Sequence record: MK672798.1 | Direction: 5' to 3' (one strand) | Origin: Escherichia phage Skure | DNA length: 59,463 nucleotides | Part shown: piece after piece, positions 1-10,177 of the stretch | How positions within the stretch are numbered: the stretch's first letter is position 1 | How the letters are laid out: every line of letters begins with the position of its first letter | Notes under the pieces: model-generated | The model's database searches: none | Told to the model about the DNA's origin: nothing | What the model saw: only the letters and a program-made list of their open reading frames with translations | Position numbers and translations under genes: made by a program

Positions 1-2
1 GT

Positions 3-92
3 AAACTGAGGGTTAAGGAAATCATACGCTATGAAGCTGAAAATGTTTCGCTTGATTTTGTAGGATCAAGCAATTATATTCAGCCTAAATAG
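3..92 (+). CDS. 3' end of an ORF entering from the window edge; possibly the tail of the o-spanin ORF that leaves the window at 59463 if the record is a permuted or circularised genome
   Basis: Frame open from position 3 to TAG at 90-92; joining 59463 to 1 keeps the o-spanin reading frame. Confidence 0.2.
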   Translation, partial: KLRVKEIIRYEAENVSLDFVGSSNYIQPK

Positions 93-112
93 CAATAAGA
101 AAGGGGGCTTCC

Positions 113-670
113 ATGAACGGGGCAAGTCAAGAGCAATATGATCGTGACTGGACGAATTACATCCAGTATGCAAATAGCTTGTCCGCTGAAGAGATGGCAA
201 TACGTGACAAAGTTGTTGCTGAGTACATGTTCGACTACAATTGGACTAACGCTTGCATGAGATGCGGGTTCAATGCTATGTTTGCACAGGAGCTTGGCCA
301 ACGCTTTGCCACGGACTGTTATGTTCGATGGAAGCTCAAGGAGATTGAAAGATCCCGTGTTCAACGTACTTCTGAGCAAGCTAACATTGAAGCAGACCTT
401 GAGCGTCAGCATATCATTGAAGCATTAAAACGTGAAGCTCATTATACAGGACCGGGATCTTCTCAAGCTGCTAGAGTCGCCGCATTGGGCAAGCTTGCAC
501 AAATTTATGATTTGGATGCTCCCAAGAAGGCTAAGATTGATGTTACTAACAGAGGCGGCGTAATGATAGTCCCTGCTGTAGCAAATATTGACGAATGGGA
601 AAAAACTGCATCCGAGTCTCAACAACGACTAGTTAAAGAGACTGAAGATGGAGCTAAACCGACAACCTGA
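113..670 (+). CDS. terminase small subunit (putative)
   Basis: 185 aa ORF immediately upstream of and overlapping the large terminase gene; assigned by position. Confidence 0.45.
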   Translation: MNGASQEQYDRDWTNYIQYANSLSAEEMAIRDKVVAEYMFDYNWTNACMRCGFNAMFAQELGQRFATDCYVRWKLKEIERSRVQRTSEQANIEADLERQHIIEALKREAHYTGPGSSQAARVAALGKLAQIYDLDAPKKAKIDVTNRGGVMIVPAVANIDEWEKTASESQQRLVKETEDGAKPTT

Positions 671-2207
671 TAACATGCCGCGAGTCGTCTGGAAACCACA
701 TCCAGGTTCACAGACACTCGCTCTATCCTGCCCCGCTGATATTATCCTATACCACGGAACTCGCGGTCCTGGAAAAACGGACTGCCAGCTTATGCGTTTC
801 CGTAAGAACGTTGGCGTAGGGTACGGTAAATTTTGGAAGGGTATTATATTCGACCGTGAATATAAAAACCTTGATGACCTTGTAACTAAATCCCAGCGTT
901 GGTTTCCTGAATTTAAAGACGGGGCTAAATTCCTTAGCTCTAAGTCTGATTATAAATGGGTTTGGCCTACAGGTGAAGAGCTACTGTTCCGCGTTGCTTG
1001 TAAAGAAAAGGATTACTGGTCTTATCACGGTCACGAATACCCATTTATCGGATGGAACGAATTAACAAAATATCCGGACGGGCGCTTGTTTGAAGCTATG
1101 ATGTCCTGTAACCGTTCATCTTTCTTACCAGAAGATAACCCAATTATTAATCCAGATGGTACGGTCACATATTTACCGGATATCCCTCTTGAAGTGTTTG
1201 CTACCAGTAACCCGTTCGGTGCGGGGCATAACTGGGTTAAGAAACGCTTCATTGACGCTGCACCGATGGGTAAAATACTCAGGAAGACTACGCGAGTGTT
1301 TAACCCGAGGACGCAGAAAGACGAAGATGTGGTTACGACGCAATGCCATATCTTTGGTTCGTACCGTGAAAACAAAAACCTAAGTCCAAAATATATTGCA
1401 GAACTTATGTCTATCACAGACCCGAACAAGCGTGCTGCATGGTTGGGCGGGAGCTGGGATATTACATCCGGTGGTATGTTCGATGATCTGTGGCGTAGCA
1501 CTGTTCACAAAGTACGTCCATTTCCGATTCCAGCGAGTTGGAAGATTACACGTTCTTTCGACTGGGGTTCTTCAAAACCGTTCTCTGTCGGTTGGTGGGC
1601 TATTAGTGATGGTTCGGATGTTGTGCATGAAGATGGCACTACATTCTCCACGGTCCGCGGTGACCTGTTTAGGATTAACGAATGGTATGGGACCAACGGT
1701 AAAACAAACGAAGGTCTACATTTGCTGGACTCAGAAATTGCAAGCGGTATACTGGAGCGGGAATTGGCCTGGGGTATACACGATCGTGTAGTTCCTGGTC
1801 CTGCGGATAACTCCATTTGGGATCTGGAGAACAATAACTCCACCGCTGCAACAATGGCGAAGAAAATTCGTCTTAACGGGAAGTTATACGACGGTATACA
1901 TTGGAAGCGCAGTGATAAGTCTGCTGGGTCACGTAAACGGGGCTGGCAGAAAATGCGTGAGTTCCTTAAAGCTGCACTGCGGCAAGATGCGAACGGTAAA
2001 CCTTTGCCCGGTCCGCGCGAGAATCCAGCAATGTACATTTTTGATAACTGCAACTATTTCTTTGAGCTGGTTCCAAGTCTGCCTCGCGATGAAGTGGATC
2101 AGGACGACGTTGATACGGAATGTGAAGACCATATGGGTGATGAAGTTCGTTATATGGTTCTGGATCAAGCTGTTTATACAGGTGTTGGCAAAACTATCGG
2201 TATTTAA
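648..2207 (+). CDS. terminase large subunit
   Basis: 519 aa; Walker A-like HGTRGPGKTD near N-terminus; first gene of morphogenesis operon; AAGAG RBS-like sequence upstream. Confidence 0.8.
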   Translation: MELNRQPDNMPRVVWKPHPGSQTLALSCPADIILYHGTRGPGKTDCQLMRFRKNVGVGYGKFWKGIIFDREYKNLDDLVTKSQRWFPEFKDGAKFLSSKSDYKWVWPTGEELLFRVACKEKDYWSYHGHEYPFIGWNELTKYPDGRLFEAMMSCNRSSFLPEDNPIINPDGTVTYLPDIPLEVFATSNPFGAGHNWVKKRFIDAAPMGKILRKTTRVFNPRTQKDEDVVTTQCHIFGSYRENKNLSPKYIAELMSITDPNKRAAWLGGSWDITSGGMFDDLWRSTVHKVRPFPIPASWKITRSFDWGSSKPFSVGWWAISDGSDVVHEDGTTFSTVRGDLFRINEWYGTNGKTNEGLHLLDSEIASGILERELAWGIHDRVVPGPADNSIWDLENNNSTAATMAKKIRLNGKLYDGIHWKRSDKSAGSRKRGWQKMREFLKAALRQDANGKPLPGPRENPAMYIFDNCNYFFELVPSLPRDEVDQDDVDTECEDHMGDEVRYMVLDQAVYTGVGKTIGI

Positions 2208-2218
2208 CTGGAGGGTAT

Positions 2219-3715
2219 ATGGGTATTGATGCAACTCACCCGCTATATGACAAGTGGAAGGACGCATGGGTTAAGTGCAACGACTGCTATGAGGGTGAAG
2301 ATAAAATTAAGGAAGAAGGTGTTAAATATCTACCACCTTTAGCTTCCATGATTATTGATGGGATGAATAATCCTAATGATTTGGGCTTTCAACGTTGGCT
2401 CGCTTATCGTCTGCGTGCCAACTTCCCTGACGATTATTCAAGTGCGGTTACAAACAATTTAGGTCTGCTGCACCAGAAGCCCCCTACAATCCAGCTTCCA
2501 CCTGAAATGGAATACATGCGGGAGCTGTGTACTGCGGACGGTGAAGACATTATTGCTCTGCTACGTCGCATCAATGAAATGCAGTTAAAAAATGGGCGTT
2601 TGGGGCTGCTGCTGGACTTGCCTAAAGGTGAGGATGTAAATAACAGACCTTATATTAGTGTTTATGATGCTTTATCCATTATCAACTGGGATGATGGTAA
2701 AGATGAATTGGGTAATATCAACTTGAACATGGTTGTTCTGGATGAAAGCGGCCCTGTACGTGTCAATCAGTTTGACTGGAAAGAAGAGAAGCGTTATCGC
2801 GTTCTACAATTAGGTCCAATGGACACAGATGAAGTTGCAGGTGGGGCGGTCTACTCCCAACATCTGTTTATTAACAATACCAATTATGATGAAGGGCAAA
2901 TGATTGCTCCTTATTATAAAGGTAATACGCTGGATGAAATTCCTTTCCAGTTTGTCAATACAACAGATATTACCCCAGCACCGGAAGCGCCGCCATTGTT
3001 GGGTCTTGCTAACATTTGTCTAAGCATGTACCGAAGTGACGCGGATTACCGCCAATGCTTGCATATGCAGGGTCAGGATACTTTAGTTGTTGTTGGTGGT
3101 TCCATGGAAAATGGAGATAAAGCCCCTCAGCGTATTGGTCCTGGTGCAGTCATTAACGTTTCTCAGGGAGGTGACGCTAAATATGTAGGTGTTAGCGGTG
3201 ACGGTTTGTCCGAGCAACGTCTCGCACTGGCAGCGGATAAGCAGGAAGCCCAAATTAAAGCCGGGCAAATGGTAAACAATACCAAGAGTACGCAGGAATC
3301 AGGCGAAGCTATGAAAACGCGTATTGCTGCGCGTACAGCTAGTTTGATTCGAATTGCGTATACTGGTGCGGCTGGTTTGGAGAACTTGCTGAAGGTTTGC
3401 GCTAAGTGGATGGGTGCTGATCCCGAGAAAGTTGTGGTCAAGCCTAATCTTGAATTTACCAAGAGCATGTTTAACGGTCAGGACTTTGTTCAAATTATTA
3501 CTGCACGCAACCTTAAGGCTCCGATTAGCTTGCAGTCTATTCATGGCTGGCTTGTTGATCAGGGCTTAACCACACTAAGCTTTGAAGAAGAAATGGCAAT
3601 TCTTGAAGAAGAGCTTAAGAAGTGGCCTCTGCCCGATGATGCTAAAGCTGATTTAAACGCAGAGCAGCAAGTAAGCAAAGATCCTAAGGAAGACGACGCT
3701 TCCGATAAAGAATAG
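2219..3715 (+). CDS. portal protein
   Basis: 498 aa ORF directly after terminase; GGAGGG RBS; acidic C-terminus. Confidence 0.7.
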   Translation: MGIDATHPLYDKWKDAWVKCNDCYEGEDKIKEEGVKYLPPLASMIIDGMNNPNDLGFQRWLAYRLRANFPDDYSSAVTNNLGLLHQKPPTIQLPPEMEYMRELCTADGEDIIALLRRINEMQLKNGRLGLLLDLPKGEDVNNRPYISVYDALSIINWDDGKDELGNINLNMVVLDESGPVRVNQFDWKEEKRYRVLQLGPMDTDEVAGGAVYSQHLFINNTNYDEGQMIAPYYKGNTLDEIPFQFVNTTDITPAPEAPPLLGLANICLSMYRSDADYRQCLHMQGQDTLVVVGGSMENGDKAPQRIGPGAVINVSQGGDAKYVGVSGDGLSEQRLALAADKQEAQIKAGQMVNNTKSTQESGEAMKTRIAARTASLIRIAYTGAAGLENLLKVCAKWMGADPEKVVVKPNLEFTKSMFNGQDFVQIITARNLKAPISLQSIHGWLVDQGLTTLSFEEEMAILEEELKKWPLPDDAKADLNAEQQVSKDPKEDDASDKE

Positions 3716-3810
3716 TTGCAACTTCCAAGTTGATTGGTTTATATTAACGAACACGGGGCTGGGACGGCTCAGCTCCAAAAACGTCACACGGGTGACAACG
3801 GAGATAAGAA

Positions 3811-4683
3811 ATGAAAAAGAGTTCTGTAGCTATTAGTGTTGGTATGGCTTTAATTAATCCACGCGCTCGCGGTGAAGGTGATGTGGAACTGGAATACGAA
3901 TATGCATCTGCGGAAGAGATCCCGGCAGAGTTTGCAACTCTTTACGCAGAGCAGGGCGGTAAATACGTTCTTGCAAAAGTTAAAGGTGTAGCCCCTGCTG
4001 ATAGCGTTCGTCGTCTGGAAAGTGCATTGGCAAAAGAACGTAACGACCATCGTCAGGTGAAGCAACAGATTAGCGCACTTGGGCGTCCGGTTGAAGAAGT
4101 CCTTGCGGACCTTGATCGTATCCCACAACTGGAAGCTGCCGCTAACGGTAAAGGTACTCCGGAAGACATCGAAAAGATGGTTAAAGCTCGTCTTGCTCCG
4201 CTCGAGCGTCAATTGCAAACTGTAGCAGCTGAACGCGATTCCGTTAAGCAGGAAATTGAAGGCTACCGCACTCGCGAAACTAAAGCGAAAATTAAAGACG
4301 CAGTTATTGCCGCTGCATCCGGTGCTAAGCTGCGTCCGTCTGCTATCGAAGATGCGGTGACTTATGCACAGTTGCAAATGACCGTCGACGAGAACGGCAA
4401 TGTGGTTACGAAAGATGGGGCGGGTGTAACTCCATACCTAACCCCAGCGGATTGGCTTAACGAGATCCTCCCGAAACGTCCTCACTGGGTTGAGGGTTCT
4501 GCTGGTGGCGGTGCATCTGGTCCGGGCGCTGGCGGTCATCACGGTGAAGACCCATACAGTCACGACGGTTGGAACATCTCTAAGCAGATGAATCTCTGGA
4601 AAACTAATCAATCTTTAGCTAAACGCTTAGCTGAAAAGAATGGCGTAGATCCGCTGAAGCCTGTACGTCCTGCTAAGAAATAA
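3811..4683 (+). CDS. capsid scaffolding protein (putative)
   Basis: 290 aa, charged helical protein between portal and major capsid gene; GGAG RBS. Confidence 0.5.
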   Translation: MKKSSVAISVGMALINPRARGEGDVELEYEYASAEEIPAEFATLYAEQGGKYVLAKVKGVAPADSVRRLESALAKERNDHRQVKQQISALGRPVEEVLADLDRIPQLEAAANGKGTPEDIEKMVKARLAPLERQLQTVAAERDSVKQEIEGYRTRETKAKIKDAVIAAASGAKLRPSAIEDAVTYAQLQMTVDENGNVVTKDGAGVTPYLTPADWLNEILPKRPHWVEGSAGGGASGPGAGGHHGEDPYSHDGWNISKQMNLWKTNQSLAKRLAEKNGVDPLKPVRPAKK

Positions 4684-4697
4684 GTTGACATCCCGAC

Positions 4698-4730
4698 GTC
4701 CCTGATGTTAAGTTTCAACACATCAGGGAC
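4698..4730 (+). promoter_or_regulatory. perfect 11-bp stem-loop between scaffold and major capsid genes
   Basis: GTCCCTGATGT-(11 nt loop)-ACATCAGGGAC; no following U-tract; overlaps a TTGACA hexamer at 4685-4690. Confidence 0.45.
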
Positions 4731-4805
4731 ACGGGTTCCTAAACAGCCTTCCACGGGGAAAGGCTACCAACAGTAAACAAATCAATCCTTTTCCTGGAGA
4801 CAAGT

Positions 4806-5867
4806 ATGTCTAAATCTAAAATTATTCTGCCATTTGGTCGTGGCGAAACTGACCTGACTCGTTTGACGGATGTCATTGTCCCTGAGATCTTCACTGGTTA
4901 TGTGCAGACGCAGACCGCTGAACTTTCTGCCCTGATCCAATCCGGTGCGGTTGTGATGGACGAGCGTTTATCAGCTAACCTTGCTGGTGCAGGTCTGACT
5001 TTTAACGAGCCGTTCTATAACGACTTGAAAGATGAAGACGAAGATATCGCGGTTGATAAAGGTAATCCGTCAAAACCGTCTAATATCACTACTGGATCTG
5101 AAGTTCAGGTTCGTATGAGTCGTTCAAAATCCTGGGGTTCTGCGGATCTGGTATCAGCTTTGATTGGTAACGACCCAATGACCGCTATCGGTAACCGCGT
5201 GTCTGCGTGGTGGGTCCGCCGTCTGCAAGCTGCATACATCGCAACCTGGAAAGGTGTATTTGCTAATGCGAAGAAATCTCATAACGACGATTTGACTTTC
5301 GACATCTCTGGTTCTTCTTTTGTAAATAACCAGACCAACTTTACCGCGTCTAACTTCATCAACGCAACTGCAACGATGGGTGATGCTGCCCGCGGTCTGA
5401 CTATGATTATGGTACACTCTACCGTTCGTAACCGTATGCGTCAGTTGAACCTGATCGACTTCATTCCAGATGCTCGCGGCGAAACTCAGTTTGAGTATTA
5501 TCAGGGTCTGCGTATTATTGAAGACGACTCCATGCCACACGATCCGTCTACTGGTGTGTTTGAAAGCTGGCTGTTCGGCCCGGGCGCAACTGCAATGGGT
5601 GCTGGGTCACCGAAAGTTCCGACCGCTGTGGTGCGTGACGAAGCTGCTAACCAAGGCGCTGGTGAAGAAGTTCTTCACAACCGTGTTGAATGGATTCTGC
5701 ATCCAGTTGGGCATGCTTGGGCTGCTGCTCAAACTGCTAAAGGTGGTCCGTCTAACGCTGCTACCACTAACAACCTGGCCCATGAAGATTCCTGGCGTCG
5801 TGCGTTCCCTGAGCGCAAGCAGCTTAAAGTTGCACGCCTGATCACTCGTGAGTATCAGGGTTCCTAA
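4806..5867 (+). CDS. major capsid protein
   Basis: 353 aa; position after scaffold; followed by strong intrinsic terminator typical of a highly expressed capsid gene. Confidence 0.7.
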   Translation: MSKSKIILPFGRGETDLTRLTDVIVPEIFTGYVQTQTAELSALIQSGAVVMDERLSANLAGAGLTFNEPFYNDLKDEDEDIAVDKGNPSKPSNITTGSEVQVRMSRSKSWGSADLVSALIGNDPMTAIGNRVSAWWVRRLQAAYIATWKGVFANAKKSHNDDLTFDISGSSFVNNQTNFTASNFINATATMGDAARGLTMIMVHSTVRNRMRQLNLIDFIPDARGETQFEYYQGLRIIEDDSMPHDPSTGVFESWLFGPGATAMGAGSPKVPTAVVRDEAANQGAGEEVLHNRVEWILHPVGHAWAAAQTAKGGPSNAATTNNLAHEDSWRRAFPERKQLKVARLITREYQGS

Positions 5868-5898
5868 GGCTTCACTCAACGCTGCGCTGTAGTATTTT

Positions 5899-5925
5899 GG
5901 GGACATCTTATGTCCCCTCTTTTTT
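5899..5925 (+). terminator. rho-independent terminator after major capsid gene
   Basis: GGGGACAT-ctt-ATGTCCCC followed by TCTTTTTT. Confidence 0.6.
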
Positions 5926-5937
5926 AGGAGAACAACC

Positions 5938-6261
5938 ATGCGTTATCAACGTTATGAACGACATGACTTGATGGAAAAATCGTTGCAGGTGGAGCCAATT
6001 TCGATTACTCTCGATCCTGCTACGATTGACACCACAACTTCAGAAGTAAAAACGGTTACTGTTAAAATAAACTTTGTCCCAGGCGGAACTACAAACAAAG
6101 CGTATAGCGCGTCAGTTGACGGTTCCTCTGCTACAATTAAAGACAACGGGGACGGTACAATTACTGTGACCACAACCGAAAGCAGCGGTACTTCAAACTT
6201 GACAGTAACGTCCAAGGCAAAGGATAGTGTTACTGGTACATGTGTTATTAATGTGACCTAA
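5938..6261 (+). CDS. Ig-like (Big_2-type) domain protein, possible head decoration protein
   Basis: 107 aa, Thr/Ser/Val-rich beta-strand pattern resembling bacterial Ig-like group 2 domains; AGGAG RBS. Confidence 0.45.
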   Translation: MRYQRYERHDLMEKSLQVEPISITLDPATIDTTTSEVKTVTVKINFVPGGTTNKAYSASVDGSSATIKDNGDGTITVTTTESSGTSNLTVTSKAKDSVTGTCVINVT

Positions 6262-6277
6262 AAATAAGGATTAAACA

Positions 6278-6931
6278 ATGAAGACATTAATTGAAGCATT
6301 GTTAGAACTTGATCCGGAAAACCCGAATCATTGGACCAGCGATGGCTTACCTAAAGTAGACGCTCTGCGTTTCGCTACCGCTAACCCGTCTTTAACCCGC
6401 GACGATATTACGACTGCTGCTCCTCTATTTACCCGCGACAACCGCGTGCTGGAAGAGCCCGAGCCTGTGGAACCCGTTAAATCTGCTGATCCAGTTTTAC
6501 ATGAAGCAGTTAAACAGGAGAAAGCTCATGAAGAACAAAAGAAAGTCGCGGTTGCAACGATGCAAATCGAAGTTAAGATTAGCGAAGCACTGCGTGCTCT
6601 TCTGGAGCCGGAAAAAATCGGTGACGCTACCAGCTTAACCGATGAAGAACTGAAAGCGAAGCGCGAAAAGCTTAGCAATGTGGTTAAAGAGATTGCCCAC
6701 ACTAAGCACGCGTTGGAGCTTGCTATCGCAGACGTTCAAGCGGATCTGGATAAGATTATCGTTGAGCAGGAGCGTCGTCGTCCTAAGTCCGGTCTTACTG
6801 CAACTCAGATGTATCTTGAAGCGCAGAAAAAACGTAAACCGGAAGACATGCTTTCTGACCATCGCTTCCAGAACCCTATTGACGATCCTGTCGCCCGTAT
6901 GGTTGCACGTAATATGATGCGTCGAGGTTAA
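6278..6931 (+). CDS. hypothetical head-associated protein
   Basis: 217 aa ORF with RBS, in head module. Confidence 0.4.
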   Translation: MKTLIEALLELDPENPNHWTSDGLPKVDALRFATANPSLTRDDITTAAPLFTRDNRVLEEPEPVEPVKSADPVLHEAVKQEKAHEEQKKVAVATMQIEVKISEALRALLEPEKIGDATSLTDEELKAKREKLSNVVKEIAHTKHALELAIADVQADLDKIIVEQERRRPKSGLTATQMYLEAQKKRKPEDMLSDHRFQNPIDDPVARMVARNMMRRG

Positions 6932-6984
6932 CCATGGAAATGAGCCATAGACAATATGTGTTGTGGCTCCTCCGACGTAATAGA

Positions 6985-7015
6985 AAACGGCGTCAAGAAG
7001 ACGCCGTTTCTGTTC
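6985..7015 (+). terminator. candidate intrinsic terminator / attenuator
   Basis: AAACGGCGTC-aagaa-GACGCCGTTT then CTGTTCC; weak U-tract. Confidence 0.35.
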
Positions 7016-7069
7016 CTGAAGAAGAGCTCCCGTCACTTATCCCTACAACCATCGCAATGAGGAAGAAAG

Positions 7070-7576
7070 ATGGAGATTCCACTGATAGTTGAAGATGGTA
7101 CTGGTGTACCGGACGCCAACAGTTATGTCACCATTGAACAAGTCCGCATGTATGCCGCAATGCGAGGTATTGTACTTCCAAGTGAAGACGAAGATCTAAA
7201 GACAAAGATCTTTGACGCTATGGATTTTGTGGAAGGGTACAGCCAACGCTTTAAAGGTTATAAAATTGACCCACAGCAACCGCTAAATTGGCCACGCTAC
7301 GGGGTGTTTGTGGATGGGTTCGAGCTACCCCAAAGCCCCTTACCAAAGGCGCTTATAAACGCTGTTTGCCAGCTTACAGCGGACTCAGCTACTGGCGGTC
7401 CTCTTAATGGGAAAACTACCGCATATGCGGTCAAAAGAACTAAAGTAGAAGGTCTTGAGATTGAATATGCAACTGGTAGCACAGCACAGTCAGGTCCAGC
7501 AAAAACATACGATAAAGCTATGACGTTTTTATCACCTTTGCTGGGTTATCAAATGGGTAACAGATTAATACGGTGA
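7070..7576 (+). CDS. head-tail connector/adaptor protein (putative)
   Basis: 168 aa; position between head and tail genes; AGGAAG RBS. Confidence 0.4.
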   Translation: MEIPLIVEDGTGVPDANSYVTIEQVRMYAAMRGIVLPSEDEDLKTKIFDAMDFVEGYSQRFKGYKIDPQQPLNWPRYGVFVDGFELPQSPLPKALINAVCQLTADSATGGPLNGKTTAYAVKRTKVEGLEIEYATGSTAQSGPAKTYDKAMTFLSPLLGYQMGNRLIR

Positions 7577-7579
7577 TTT

Positions 7580-7960
7580 ATGAGCTTTCCTTATGAGCAG
7601 TTAGTTGAAGCTGCAAAGCAAATGATCAACGACGCTGGCGTGAACTGTACCCTTGTGGTCATGGAAGAAGGAGAAGGTCAAGATGAGTGGGACGATCCTA
7701 GTGTTGAAAAACGCTACCCATTTATCGGAGCTTTCCTTTCTCCGAAGGAAAAAATGATCGGTGGGAGTCTTGTTGCTGCTGGCGAATTGAAAGTCTTAAC
7801 CTATCCAATGACTCCACCATTGACACGAGATAAAGCAATGACTGCACGCATTGAGCGTATGTCTCCTGATGGTGAGTTGGAAGTATGGACAATTAACGAG
7901 TTCGTTGATACAAGACCTGCTAATGTTTCTGTTCTTTATACTTTCAAGGTGACGCGATAA
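7580..7960 (+). CDS. head-tail joining protein (putative)
   Basis: 126 aa, tightly packed in connector gene series. Confidence 0.35.
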   Translation: MSFPYEQLVEAAKQMINDAGVNCTLVVMEEGEGQDEWDDPSVEKRYPFIGAFLSPKEKMIGGSLVAAGELKVLTYPMTPPLTRDKAMTARIERMSPDGELEVWTINEFVDTRPANVSVLYTFKVTR

Positions 7961-8367
7961 TGGGATTCGGGGCGGATATACGGCGTGCAAGTCAAAAGGT
8001 GCTTGTCCAGACTGGGGAGCAAGCCAAAAAGGTTGTTGTCAAGTTCACGGAGAATGTAATTCAGGATACTCCTGTTAAGACCGGACGTACAAAAGGCGGT
8101 TGGCGTTCATCCATTGGTGCACCATATGCGACGGAAACAATCCGCCTCGATCCTACTGGGGAGTTAGCTAAAGCGGAAGCTAGAGTTGTTGTTCGACAGC
8201 TACCAGATAATAAAGACTGGACTTTCTATTTTAGCAATTTGACTCCCTATGCTTCAAAACTTGAATATCTTGGATGGTCGCAGCAAGCGCCAAATGGTAT
8301 GGTGCGTATTAACGTTGCGAAGCTGCCAATGCTAATACGTCAAGCTATTGTAGAAGGAAAACTATAA
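7960..8367 (+). CDS. neck protein, HK97 gp10-like (putative)
   Basis: 135 aa; start overlaps previous stop; position in neck series. Confidence 0.4.
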   Translation: MGFGADIRRASQKVLVQTGEQAKKVVVKFTENVIQDTPVKTGRTKGGWRSSIGAPYATETIRLDPTGELAKAEARVVVRQLPDNKDWTFYFSNLTPYASKLEYLGWSQQAPNGMVRINVAKLPMLIRQAIVEGKL

Positions 8368-8816
8368 TGCTGGGATATGATTATATTAATGACGCATTTA
8401 ATACAATGCTTCGTGAAGCGGTTGGACCGGATATTGGTATAGCTTGGAAGAATAAGAAGTTTACACCTAAAGCCAACCAGATGTGGTTAAAGGCAATCAA
8501 TGCGCCCGCTTCAACTTATGCAGCAACTCTAGGTGATAACGGTCTGAATGAAATTCCAGGCTTCTATCAAATTACAGTATATAGTCCTTTAAACACCGGA
8601 ACGTCTAAACAGAATCAAATCTTGGATTCTATTCGGAAAAAGTTTAAACTGGGCTTGCGTATCCCGTGCCCGGATGACCACACGTTACGGATTGTCAGTT
8701 TAGACTTTTCGCAGGGTGGACAAACTTCGCTGAACGATTTTACCAAAGGCGGGGTTGAAGATAACTGGGACGTTAACTTTATCACAATCTATTGGTCGGC
8801 TCGTGAGCCGAGGTAA
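8367..8816 (+). CDS. tail terminator/tail completion protein (putative)
   Basis: 149 aa immediately upstream of major tail protein gene. Confidence 0.35.
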   Translation: MLGYDYINDAFNTMLREAVGPDIGIAWKNKKFTPKANQMWLKAINAPASTYAATLGDNGLNEIPGFYQITVYSPLNTGTSKQNQILDSIRKKFKLGLRIPCPDDHTLRIVSLDFSQGGQTSLNDFTKGGVEDNWDVNFITIYWSAREPR

Positions 8817-8830
8817 GAGAGGAACTAAAT

Positions 8831-9754
8831 ATGGCTACAGGTTCACGTTATTCGTGCTACTACGTCAAAGAAGATGTAAGTAACACTACACCAGCTAGTG
8901 CGAAGTTTACTCCGTTCCGTGTAACCAGCTCCGGTCTGGACATCAATATTGCAACGCTGGAATCTGAAGAACTGCGTGACGATGCTGAAACCGCATACTT
9001 CCGTCTTGGTGCTCGTAGCGTTGAAGGTACTGTAACTGGCGAAATGTCCTTTGGTACATTTGACGATCTTATTGCTGCTGCACTTCGTGGGGAATGGCAA
9101 GACAACGTCCTCAAAGGCGGCATTGTGCGTCAATCGTTTACTTTTGTAGACTATAACGCAGATCTCCCGTCAGGTAAATATACAATTTATCGCGGATGTG
9201 AAGTTAACAGCATGACGTTCTCACTTTCTGCGGAAAACATGACCACAGTGGAGTTTGGCATTGTTGGACGTTCAATGGAAATTGCGGAATCTCTTCCGTC
9301 CGGTGCAACCATTAAAGACCGCACCACTACATCTCCTATGGACGGCTTCTCCGGTCGCTTGCTGGAAAACGGCGAAGAAATCAGTGTTATTACGGAAATC
9401 GGTCTTACTGTTGAAAACGATATTGCCCCGCGCTTTGTTGTTGGATCGAAGTTCTCCATCGAACCGTCTGCTGGTCGTCGTGCTGTAACTGGTACGGCTA
9501 ACGTATACTTCCTGGATAACAAGCTGCGTATGAAGTATCTGGATGAAGTGGAAACTTCAATCAAGTTTGACCTGATTGATCCTACTAATCCGGAACAAAA
9601 ATACACAGTTGAAATTCCGCGCGTGAAGTTTACCGAAGCTCCGCGTCCTATTGACGGCGAAGGTGATATCATGCTTAATATGGGCTATCGCGGTTTGCTG
9701 GACCCAACAACCGCAAGTTCCATCAAAATTACCCGCGTTTTAGCGGCAGCATAA
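8831..9754 (+). CDS. major tail protein
   Basis: 307 aa, upstream of the chaperone pair and tape measure gene. Confidence 0.6.
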   Translation: MATGSRYSCYYVKEDVSNTTPASAKFTPFRVTSSGLDINIATLESEELRDDAETAYFRLGARSVEGTVTGEMSFGTFDDLIAAALRGEWQDNVLKGGIVRQSFTFVDYNADLPSGKYTIYRGCEVNSMTFSLSAENMTTVEFGIVGRSMEIAESLPSGATIKDRTTTSPMDGFSGRLLENGEEISVITEIGLTVENDIAPRFVVGSKFSIEPSAGRRAVTGTANVYFLDNKLRMKYLDEVETSIKFDLIDPTNPEQKYTVEIPRVKFTEAPRPIDGEGDIMLNMGYRGLLDPTTASSIKITRVLAAA

Positions 9755-9769
9755 TATCAAGGATAAGTA

Positions 9770-10177
9770 ATGACCGACACCAAAAAAGCCAAACAAGCTG
9801 TATCTAAAAGCTTTCGTGATTTCAAAACTGTAAGTCGTGCTAACGACCCAGCCAACACCAAACCATTAGATGTGGTTATTCCTGGTGTTGGTAATACAGG
9901 TGAAAAGCTGTATATCCGTAGCCGTTATTGCACAGAATATCGCGAAGCTGAACTGAAAGCGCAACGTCAATTGTTAGCACTCATGCAGGGTAACGACGGT
10001 GAAGTAACGGACAGCATGAAGGAAGATATCCTTACTCGCTCGTTAGCTAACCTTGTTGCAGGTTGGACGTTTGAAGAGCCGCCGACTATTGATAATGTGT
10101 TTGAGTTCTTGACAGAGAACCCAACGGTTCGTGAAGACATTAACGTATTTGCCGCTAAAGATAGTAATTTTTTCTAA
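9770..10177 (+). CDS. tail assembly chaperone (lambda G-like)
   Basis: 135 aa between major tail and tape measure; ends ...AAT TTT TTC TAA with a slippery heptamer. Confidence 0.6.
   Translation: MTDTKKAKQAVSKSFRDFKTVSRANDPANTKPLDVVIPGVGNTGEKLYIRSRYCTEYREAELKAQRQLLALMQGNDGEVTDSMKEDILTRSLANLVAGWTFEEPPTIDNVFEFLTENPTVREDINVFAAKDSNFF

Noticed and set aside
80-412. 110 aa ORF on - strand at the left end
   Set aside because: Lies antisense to the putative small terminase gene, has no RBS context and reads as hydrophobic/Cys-rich noise
1031-2267. Several ORFs (+ and -) nested within the large terminase gene
   Set aside because: All overlap a well-supported 519 aa gene in alternative frames or antisense; shadow ORFs
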